A DNA stretch of 38,642 bases from Candidatus Omnitrophota bacterium. GTDB lineage: Bacteria > Omnitrophota > Gorgyraeia > Gygaellales > Profunditerraquicolaceae. Location of the stretch: NCBI GenBank assembly GCA_043802105.1, contig JAZDLL010000031.1:1-38642 (forward strand). Reading direction: 5' to 3'. The position numbers were made by a program, and so were the translations under genes. The notes below the pieces were generated by a model. That model ran no database searches, was not told where the DNA came from, and saw only the letters and a list, made by a program, of their open reading frames with translations. Shown here one piece after another: positions 19,545 to 27,231 of this stretch (its first letter is position 1; each line of letters opens with the position of its first letter).

Positions 19545-20902
19545 AAAAATATTATCATTTTATCGGAATTGGCGGGATAGGGATGAGCGGGATTGCGCAT
19601 CTGATGCTGTCCAGCGGATTTAGGGTGAGCGGTTCGGACTTAAAAGAAAATCCTGTTACGCGGCAGTTGGAGGGCCTGGGGGCCAAAATTTTCCTGGGGC
19701 ACAGCGCTCAAAATATATCCGAACAGGAGGTGGTGGTTTATTCATCGGCCATCCGAGAGGATAATCCTGAATTGTGCCAGGCTAAGCTTTTAGGTATTCC
19801 TTTGATCAAGAGAGCACAAGCCCTAGCCCAGCTTATGCAGCAAAAAACAGCCATTACCGTTGCGGGTTCTCACGGCAAGACCACCACCACTTCTTTAATT
19901 TCTTACATGTTGCTGGAAGCCGGGCTCTGTCCTACGGTAGTTATCGGGGGTATCCTGAATAATATTCAAACTAATGCTTGTTTAGGTAATGGCCAGTTTT
20001 TTGTCGCGGAGGCCGATGAATCAGACGGATCCTTTTTAAATTATAGTCCTAAGTTTTCCATTATTACTAACATTGACCATGAGCATTTGGATTATTATCA
20101 TAGTTTTAAAAATGAATTAGATACTTTTGGTATTTTTATTAAGCGCACGCAGCCCGGGGGCTGTGTTTTTGCCTGCTCTGACGATATTAATCTTTTAAAT
20201 TTAATGCGCACCTATGAGGGTAAGCGGGTATTTTTTGGTTTAGACAGCTCTGCGGCGGATATTTATGCCAAGAACATTGTATTGAGCGGGCTGGTTAGCG
20301 ATTTTGACGGGTACTTTAAAGACAAATTTATTTCGCGTTTTCATTTGCCTTTGGGCGGAAAGCATAATATTTCAAATTCTCTGGCGGTAATCGGCTTAGG
20401 GCTAGAGCTAGGTATTGATTTAAAGTATATCCGTAGCAGCCTGGCTCAGTATCAAGGCGCCGGCCGTAGATTGGAAACCAAATTTAGCAGCGATAAGTAT
20501 TTAGTCCTTGATGACTACGCTCATCACCCTAGCGAAATAAAAGCTACTTTGGCCGCGTTAGCTAATTTGAAAGTTAAGCGAAAGATCATAGTTTTTCAAC
20601 CGCACCGCTACAGCCGCACGCAACTACTTTTAAATGATTTTGCTAAATCTTTTGTGCGGGTGGATTATTTGATTATTACCGATATTTACGCGGCGAGCGA
20701 GCAGCCGATTGAAGGAATAAATGCTCAGGGGTTATTAAATAAAATAAAGGAATTTGACCCAAGCAAAGAAGTTGTGTATTTGGCTAAAGATAATATTCTG
20801 CCCCATATTTTGGGGATGATTAAAGAGGGTGATTTGGTGATCACCTTAGGAGCCGGGGATATTGTGAGGGTAAGCGATGCTTTGGCCCAAGAGCTTAAGT
20901 AA
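19541..20902 (+). CDS. murC: UDP-MurNAc:L-Ala ligase
   Basis: GIGGIGMSG, GSHGKTTT, EADESD, DDYAHHP, FQPHRYSRT. Confidence 0.97.
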   Translation: MKKYYHFIGIGGIGMSGIAHLMLSSGFRVSGSDLKENPVTRQLEGLGAKIFLGHSAQNISEQEVVVYSSAIREDNPELCQAKLLGIPLIKRAQALAQLMQQKTAITVAGSHGKTTTTSLISYMLLEAGLCPTVVIGGILNNIQTNACLGNGQFFVAEADESDGSFLNYSPKFSIITNIDHEHLDYYHSFKNELDTFGIFIKRTQPGGCVFACSDDINLLNLMRTYEGKRVFFGLDSSAADIYAKNIVLSGLVSDFDGYFKDKFISRFHLPLGGKHNISNSLAVIGLGLELGIDLKYIRSSLAQYQGAGRRLETKFSSDKYLVLDDYAHHPSEIKATLAALANLKVKRKIIVFQPHRYSRTQLLLNDFAKSFVRVDYLIITDIYAASEQPIEGINAQGLLNKIKEFDPSKEVVYLAKDNILPHILGMIKEGDLVITLGAGDIVRVSDALAQELK

Positions 20903-21758
20903 AAAGATAAAAACTAAAGTTAGTTTGGCTAACCTGACGAGTTTTAAAATCGGCGGCCCGGCGCAATTTTATTTCGAGCCGAAGAATCTTAAAAGTTTGC
21001 AGAAGGCGTTGGTTTCTGCTCAGCGGGCCGGCAAACCTGTTTTTATCTTAGGCGCCGGCAGCAATATCTTAGTTAGCCAGGCAGGCATCCCAGGCCTGGT
21101 GGTCAGGCTAAGCAGTAAAGATTTCCGCAGATGCTTTCGTCAGGGTAGCTGCGTAGTCGCCGGGAGTGGTTTAAAATTAAATGCGTTGATTTTATTTTCC
21201 AAGAAAAATAATTTAAGCGGTTTGGAATTCCTGTCCGGGATTCCCGGGACATTAGGCGGCTGTTTACTGGGTAATGCCGGCGCCTGGGGCAAGTCGATCG
21301 GAGAATTAGTAAGCCAGGTTGGTGTTTTAGATTATAACGGTCAACTAAAGTTGCTGGCCAAAAAGCAACTGAAGTTTGCTTATCGAAAATCTAATTTGGA
21401 TAAATATATTATTATTTGGGCTAAACTTAAACTACAGGCTGGCCAAAAAAAGGTAATTGCGGCTAAGATCAATCAAAACCTCCTGCAGCGCAAGCAGTCC
21501 CAGGGAAATAATTTACCCAACGCCGGGTGTATTTTTAAAAATCCACCCCAGGGCTCTGCCGGTAGATTAATTGATCTGTGCGGGTTAAAGGGCTGGGTCA
21601 GGGGCAAAGCGATGATTTCCCCGCGGCATGCGAATTTTATCTTAAATACCGGGCAGGCAAAAAGCGGTGAGGTTTTATCGTTGATGGACTTGATGCAAAA
21701 GAAAGTAAAGAAAAAATTTAAAATTAACTTGGAGCCTGAGATAAAAATATGGAAATAA
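20877..21758 (+). CDS. murB: UDP-GlcNAc-enolpyruvate reductase
   Basis: IGGPA, GAGSN, GIPGTLGG, NAGA, AGCIFKNP, HANF, LEPE. Confidence 0.95.
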   Translation: MLWPKSLSKKIKTKVSLANLTSFKIGGPAQFYFEPKNLKSLQKALVSAQRAGKPVFILGAGSNILVSQAGIPGLVVRLSSKDFRRCFRQGSCVVAGSGLKLNALILFSKKNNLSGLEFLSGIPGTLGGCLLGNAGAWGKSIGELVSQVGVLDYNGQLKLLAKKQLKFAYRKSNLDKYIIIWAKLKLQAGQKKVIAAKINQNLLQRKQSQGNNLPNAGCIFKNPPQGSAGRLIDLCGLKGWVRGKAMISPRHANFILNTGQAKSGEVLSLMDLMQKKVKKKFKINLEPEIKIWK

Positions 21759-22696
21759 ATGATTTTGGCAAAGTCGGCGTTTTAATGGGCGGGCCTTCTT
21801 CGGAAAGGGAGATTTCTTTAAAAAGCGGCCAGGCGGTTTTTTCTGCGCTGGCCCAAGCGCAGGTAGCTGCCGTGGCGATTGATATAACTACCGATAACCG
21901 CCAAGAGAACATGCGCTTATTAAAAAAATATAATTTAGATTGTGCCTTTATCGCTTTACACGGCCGCTTTGGCGAAGACGGTACAATTCAAAGTATCTTA
22001 GAGGCAATGCATCTGCCTTTTACCGCTTCTGGCGTTAAAGCCAGCCAACTGGCGATGGATAAAATCGGTTCACTGGAAATATTCTCGCAAAACGGATTGT
22101 GTGTACCGCAGTCCCGGTTTTTGGAAAAATCAGCTTATCGGAAAAATAAAATCGTTTGGCCGGGCGATCTTGTTTTTCCTCTGGTGGTTAAGCCGGCTAA
22201 TCATGGATCAAGTATTGGTTTATCGCTGGTCGAGCTCCCGGAAGAATTGCCGGCGGCACTTGAGCTGGCTTTTGAATTTGACACGCATATAATTATCCAG
22301 GATTATGTGTCCGGCCGGGAGCTGACCGTAGGTATTTTGGATGAGGCGGCTTTACCGGTAATTGAAATTATCCCCAGTAATAAATTTTTTGATTTTACGG
22401 CAAAATACCAGTCCGGCTTAACGCAATATATTATCCCAGCGGTTTTAGATAGAAAAATAGCTTTAGAGGTTCAAAATACTGCTTTGCGGGCACATAAACT
22501 TTTGGGCTGTTACGGTTGTTCGCGAGTTGATATTATTTTAAATCCGCAAAGCCGTACGTATATTTTAGAGGTTAACACCATTCCCGGGATGACCGCTACC
22601 AGCCTTTTGCCTAAAGCGGCTAAAATTGTGGGAATTGATTTTACCCGGCTGTGCCTTAAATTACTGGAATTAGCATATGCGAAAGAAAAAGTTTAA
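21749..22696 (+). CDS. ddl: D-Ala-D-Ala ligase
   Basis: GGPSSEREISL, LHGRFGEDG, GSSIG, AKY, EVNTIPGMT. Confidence 0.97.
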   Translation: MEINDFGKVGVLMGGPSSEREISLKSGQAVFSALAQAQVAAVAIDITTDNRQENMRLLKKYNLDCAFIALHGRFGEDGTIQSILEAMHLPFTASGVKASQLAMDKIGSLEIFSQNGLCVPQSRFLEKSAYRKNKIVWPGDLVFPLVVKPANHGSSIGLSLVELPEELPAALELAFEFDTHIIIQDYVSGRELTVGILDEAALPVIEIIPSNKFFDFTAKYQSGLTQYIIPAVLDRKIALEVQNTALRAHKLLGCYGCSRVDIILNPQSRTYILEVNTIPGMTATSLLPKAAKIVGIDFTRLCLKLLELAYAKEKV

Positions 22697-23465
22697 TCTA
22701 CCTGTAAAAATTATTAGCTTTTTGGTGATAATTTCGCTTGCCTTCTCTTTTATTATAGGATATATTTGGAAAGTATTAACTACCTCGGATTTTTTTGCTG
22801 TTAAGCAGGTCATCGTTAGGAATTCCGATATTAAATTTGAATATTTAAAAGGCAGCAATATTTTCAGTTTGAATTTAAGCAATGAGGCCTGGAAGACTTT
22901 TTTAAGGTGTTCGGATTGCCGTAAGGTCAGGTTTTCCAGGATTTTGCCTAATACCGTAGTGGCGGATTTTTTAAAACGCAAAGCCATTGCCCTGGTTAAG
23001 TTCTATAAGAGTTTTGCTATTGACGAGCAGGGGGTGCTGTTTTATCCGGATGAAGAGACCGAGGAGTCAAAGCTACCGGTAATTTATGGCTTAGAAACCA
23101 AGATCTTCGCTCCTAAGCCGGGAGTAAGTTATAAACGGTCAGAGCTGGGTTTAGCTTTGAGTATCATCAATGAGTTTAAAGCCAATAAATCTTTTTCCGG
23201 CTTTGAGCTAAAAAGGATTGATGTGGCTAGCCCGGGCAGCACCGGGTTCTTTATGCTTTTCCCCAGGCAAAATGCCGATTATACTTTACCTTCGCCTCAG
23301 GCAGAGTGGTTGGGTTTTGAAGTGCGCACCGGAGCAAATAACATCAGGCAAAAGATGATGATTCTAGGCGGGCTGGTTACCCAGGAACGCAAAGAATGGT
23401 CCAATATTAAGTATATCGATCTTAGGTTCAAGGAACCGTTAATCAAGCTAAACAATAAGCTTTAA
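22677..23465 (+). CDS. ftsQ: FtsQ/DivIB family cell division protein
   Basis: N-terminal TM, POTRA-like segment, C-terminal YIDLRF; lies between ddl and ftsA. Confidence 0.85.
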   Translation: MRKKKFNLPVKIISFLVIISLAFSFIIGYIWKVLTTSDFFAVKQVIVRNSDIKFEYLKGSNIFSLNLSNEAWKTFLRCSDCRKVRFSRILPNTVVADFLKRKAIALVKFYKSFAIDEQGVLFYPDEETEESKLPVIYGLETKIFAPKPGVSYKRSELGLALSIINEFKANKSFSGFELKRIDVASPGSTGFFMLFPRQNADYTLPSPQAEWLGFEVRTGANNIRQKMMILGGLVTQERKEWSNIKYIDLRFKEPLIKLNNKL

Positions 23466-23473
23466 TTTAAAAG

Positions 23474-23504
23474 AGTCCTGGCGAGCGAGCAGCGAGCAAG
23501 GGTT
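23474..23504 (-). repeat. Family A hairpin repeat, copy 1 (opposite orientation to the other three)
   Basis: Reverse complement AACCCTTGCTCGCTGCTCGCTCGCCAGGACT aligns with 31663-31693. Confidence 0.7.
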
Positions 23505-23509
23505 AAACA

Positions 23510-24766
23510 ATGCTAAATAACAGTTATATCTGCGCCATCGACATCGGTTCGAATAAAATATCCGCGGCCCTGGCTCTGATCAAAAAAAATAAAATCAGCA
23601 ATATCTTTTTTGATTGTTTTGTTTCTCGCGGGGTTAAAGAAGGGGTGATTGTGGACGCCACCGAGCTGGTGATCTGTTTGACCAAAATTTTAAAAAGCTT
23701 AAAAAGCAAATCCGGATTAAAAATAAAATTCATCCATACTAATTTCTCGGGTAAAGATATCTCCACCAAGCATAGCCATGCAATTATCCCCCTGGCTGAA
23801 CGCGGTAACAAGGTAATTACTTCCACGGATATCGCTACCGCCAATGAGCAGGCGCGTATTTTAGGCTCCAGTTTAGAGGATGAGATAATCCATGTAATTC
23901 CGTCGAGCTATTCGATTGATTCTAAGAGCAACGTGATTAATCCTATCGGTTTGTACAGCCATCGGCTAGAAGTGGATTTATATTTAGTTTGCGCCAGGTT
24001 AGCATCTTTGCAAAGCTTAAGCCGGGTGGTTAGCCAGGCCGGCTATGAGATTAGGAACCTTTCATTCTCGGGGTTAGCCACCAGCAAAGCGGTATTTGGC
24101 ATTGAAGAAAAACGCGGCGTAAGCGTATTTTGCGATTGTGGCAGCGATGTCACGGAACTGCTGATCTTTAATGATGGCCTTCTGCAAAGTATCCAAATTT
24201 TACCTTTGGGCGGCAATAGCATGACTCAGCAGCTTTCCGAGGGGTTAAAGATTAATTTTGAGCTGGCTGAGGACATTAAGCGTTCTTACGGGATCATCGG
24301 AGATATTAACAACATCCAGGAAGATAAGGAAATTTTAGTTAAGAAGGATGAATTTTATAAGCCGATAAAACAACGCGATGTAGCGGCGATGGCCACCAAT
24401 TCCAGCCGTTTAATTTGCACACAGATTATGGAAGTGGTGCAAAGAAGAGTGGTGCTCCACGAAATTGACCACTTTATTATGGTGGGCAAGACTTTGTTGA
24501 CCGAGGGATTTATTGAGATGATGGAGAGCGTGATCGGCATGCCGGTAGCTATCGGCAGGATCAATAACCCGGCGATTGCCTCTTTGGTCAAAGAAAATAA
24601 CGATTTATCCGGACAGAAGTATTTAACTTATCTTACCTGCCTGGGGATGATTTGCCAGGATCTGGAAAATAAAACTGTGGGAAACTTAGCTTTAGTTAAG
24701 CCTGCCAAAAATCTGTTGATTAAAACTGTAAATCGTTTTAAAGAAGTTTATCAAGAATATTTCTAG
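23510..24766 (+). CDS. ftsA: Cell division protein FtsA (divergent)
   Basis: AIDIGSNKI, 1C domain (IHVIPSSYSID...NPIGL...RLEV), AEDIKRSYG, C-terminal amphipathic helix ending in F. Confidence 0.9.
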   Translation: MLNNSYICAIDIGSNKISAALALIKKNKISNIFFDCFVSRGVKEGVIVDATELVICLTKILKSLKSKSGLKIKFIHTNFSGKDISTKHSHAIIPLAERGNKVITSTDIATANEQARILGSSLEDEIIHVIPSSYSIDSKSNVINPIGLYSHRLEVDLYLVCARLASLQSLSRVVSQAGYEIRNLSFSGLATSKAVFGIEEKRGVSVFCDCGSDVTELLIFNDGLLQSIQILPLGGNSMTQQLSEGLKINFELAEDIKRSYGIIGDINNIQEDKEILVKKDEFYKPIKQRDVAAMATNSSRLICTQIMEVVQRRVVLHEIDHFIMVGKTLLTEGFIEMMESVIGMPVAIGRINNPAIASLVKENNDLSGQKYLTYLTCLGMICQDLENKTVGNLALVKPAKNLLIKTVNRFKEVYQEYF

Positions 24767-24787
24767 AGCCTCTTTGGTGCGCCTCTA

Positions 24788-24815
24788 TTGCTTCCTTAGC
24801 TTTATTGTGTATAAT
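24788..24815 (+). promoter_or_regulatory. Putative sigma70 promoter for yggS-proC-mtnP
   Basis: TTGCTT (24788-24793), 16 nt spacer, TATAAT (24810-24815). Confidence 0.6.
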
Positions 24816-24832
24816 GTATTTAATCTTAAGCG

Positions 24833-25492
24833 ATGATTAAAACAAATATTGAAAAGCTGCGCTTGCGAATCTCTGAAATTTGCGCTAAAGCTAAAATTGA
24901 CCCCGGTAAAATCACGTTGCTTTGCGTAACCAAAGGCAGGAGCGTTGAGCAGATACTACAAGTAGTCAGCACGGGAATTAATTATCTAGGCGAAAATAGA
25001 GTGCAGGAAGCGCAAGAAAAGTACAAACTGGTGGGCGGCGCGCATTGGCAAATGGTGGGGCACTTACAGAGCAATAAAGTAAAAGCGGCTTTAGAAATAT
25101 TTGATCTGATACATTCTGTAGATAGCGTTAGCTTAGCGCAGGAGATTAGTAAACAAGCTCTTAAAATGAATAAAATTCAGGACATCCTTTTGGAGGTTAA
25201 AACTTCTCCGGAGATCAGGAAGTTCGGATTTAAACCGCAAGTGCTGGCGGGGGTTTGCGAGGAAATTGAAAAGTTTCCGAATGTAAAAATTAAAGGGCTA
25301 ATGACCATTGCTCCGCTGGCGGATAACCCTGAGGAAGCCCGGCCGTATTTTTCTAAACTTAAGGCTTTGCGCGATAAATTTAATCCGGACTGGCTGCTTT
25401 CGATGGGGATGTCTAGTGATTTTACGGTAGCCATTGAAGAAGGCGCGGATATTTTAAGATTAGGCAGGGTTATATTTGAAAACAATGTTTAA
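24833..25492 (+). CDS. yggS: PLP homeostasis protein (YggS family)
   Basis: VTK, GENRVQE, GHLQSNK, HSVD, GLMT, LSMGMS. Confidence 0.95.
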   Translation: MIKTNIEKLRLRISEICAKAKIDPGKITLLCVTKGRSVEQILQVVSTGINYLGENRVQEAQEKYKLVGGAHWQMVGHLQSNKVKAALEIFDLIHSVDSVSLAQEISKQALKMNKIQDILLEVKTSPEIRKFGFKPQVLAGVCEEIEKFPNVKIKGLMTIAPLADNPEEARPYFSKLKALRDKFNPDWLLSMGMSSDFTVAIEEGADILRLGRVIFENNV

Positions 25493-26312
25493 TTTTTTAA
25501 GAAAAAAAATCGGAATTATTGGATTCGGCAATATGGGGCAGGCGCTCGGCGAACGTATCAAGCAGGAATATGCGGTTTTGGCCTTCGATAAAATCAAGAA
25601 GATTGTTTCTAAAAACGTCAGGGTTGCTAGCAGCCCTGAGGAATTGGTTAAGAAATCTGAAGTTATAATTTTAGCTGTTAAGCCCCAGGATTTTGAATCG
25701 TTGCTTGAAGAAATCCGGCCGTTTGTTAAAGGAAAATTAATTATTAGCATAGCCGCTGGTAAAACTGCAGAATATATAAGGGATAAGTTAGGAGAAGGGG
25801 CGCGAATTATCAGGGTTATGCCTAATTTACCTGCTCAGGTAGGCCAGGGGGTTTCTGTTTTGTTTAAAGATAAATCTGCTACTGAAAAAGATTTGAATCT
25901 AGCCTGGTTGTTATTGAGATATGTAGGCATAGCTGAGCCTGTAGATCAAGAAAGTATCATTAATGCGGTAACGGCGGTATCCGGGAGCGGCCCGGCATTC
26001 TTTTGCCAGTATATCCAGGATGAAAATAACGCCGGGCAGATGAGTAATACCTTTATTGAGGAGCTTACGGAAGCGGCCAGAGAGATCGGTTTAGATCCGC
26101 AATTTGCCAGGGTTTTATCCGAGAGAACTGTTGAGGGTACGCTGGCCATGTTAAAAGAAAAAAAATTATCCTGTAAAGATTTAATTGCCATGGTTGCTTC
26201 CAAAGGAGGGACAACCCAGGCTGGCCTCGATGTTTTGTATGCAGGTGGATCTCTTAATGGCGCGGTTAAGGCAGCTTTAAGACGAGCCGATGAACTGGGA
26301 AAGAGAGGTTAA
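25485..26312 (+). CDS. proC: Pyrroline-5-carboxylate reductase
   Basis: GFGNMG, LAVKPQ, SIAAG, RVMPN, SGSGPAF, SKGGTT; ATG 25485 overlaps the end of yggS. Confidence 0.93.
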   Translation: MFNFLRKKIGIIGFGNMGQALGERIKQEYAVLAFDKIKKIVSKNVRVASSPEELVKKSEVIILAVKPQDFESLLEEIRPFVKGKLIISIAAGKTAEYIRDKLGEGARIIRVMPNLPAQVGQGVSVLFKDKSATEKDLNLAWLLLRYVGIAEPVDQESIINAVTAVSGSGPAFFCQYIQDENNAGQMSNTFIEELTEAAREIGLDPQFARVLSERTVEGTLAMLKEKKLSCKDLIAMVASKGGTTQAGLDVLYAGGSLNGAVKAALRRADELGKRG

Positions 26313-26313
26313 T

Positions 26314-27174
26314 ATGTCTAAGATTGGGATTATTGGTGGCAGCGGATTATATAAGATTGAAGGATTAGAAATTATCAAGCAGGTTAAGGTGAAAACACCT
26401 TTTGGCGATCCTTCGGATAAATTTACCATTGGCCGCTTGGAAGGCAAAGAGGTAGTTTTTTTGCCGCGCCATGGAGTAGGCCACCGTCTATCGCCCAGCC
26501 AAATAAATTATCGCGCCAATATTTTTGCCATGAAAAAATTGAAAGTTGAGCGAGTTATTTCGGTAACTGCCTGCGGTAGCTTAAAGGAAGAATTAAAACC
26601 TTTAGATTTTGTGGTGGTAGATCAATTCGTAGACCGCACCAATTGTGGCCGGCAGATGACTTTTTTTGACCGGGGTATTGTGGGCCATATTGTTTTTGAC
26701 CACCCGGTATGTCCGCAGCTTGCTGCTTGTATTTATTCAGCCGGTAAATCTTTAAATCTAAATATGCATAAGGCAGGCACCTATATTAATATGGAAGGCC
26801 CGCAGTTTTCTACATTGGCCGAAAGCAAGCTTTACCGCAGCTGGGGTATGGATGTGATCGGGATGACCAATATGGCCGAGGCCAAGCTTTGCCGGGAAGC
26901 GGAGATCTGCTATTCTACGCTGGCCTGTATTACCGATTACGATTGCTGGTATCCGGATCATGCCAGCGTGACCTTAGAGATGGTGATGAGTAATTTACAG
27001 AAGAATGTCGATAATGCCAAAAAAATTATTTCTCGAGTGATCAGGGAGTTAAATCCGCAGCGCGGTTGTAGTTGCGGTGGGGCTTTAAAATTCGCTATCG
27101 TTACCGATAAAAAACTGATTCCGGCAAAAACCAAGAAAGACCTGGATATTATTATTGGTAAATACGTAGGATGA
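26314..27174 (+). CDS. mtnP: S-methyl-5'-thioadenosine phosphorylase
   Basis: IGIIGGSGLY, RHG, EGPQFSTLAES, IGMT, TDYDCW; GAGG upstream of ATG 26314. Confidence 0.94.
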   Translation: MSKIGIIGGSGLYKIEGLEIIKQVKVKTPFGDPSDKFTIGRLEGKEVVFLPRHGVGHRLSPSQINYRANIFAMKKLKVERVISVTACGSLKEELKPLDFVVVDQFVDRTNCGRQMTFFDRGIVGHIVFDHPVCPQLAACIYSAGKSLNLNMHKAGTYINMEGPQFSTLAESKLYRSWGMDVIGMTNMAEAKLCREAEICYSTLACITDYDCWYPDHASVTLEMVMSNLQKNVDNAKKIISRVIRELNPQRGCSCGGALKFAIVTDKKLIPAKTKKDLDIIIGKYVG

Positions 27175-27231
27175 AACTAAAAGTTTTGCTGGAAACTAAA
27201 GAGTGCGCCAGAGTGCACCCCTGGATTAATT

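Noticed and set aside
22380-22410. Ddl as a D-Ala-D-Lac ligase (FFDFTAKY loop)
   Set aside because: The specificity-determining Lys-Tyr pair is retained, consistent with D-Ala-D-Ala.
27175-27231. T-box riboswitch upstream of ileS
   Set aside because: The 57-bp gap is far too short and has no T-box consensus.
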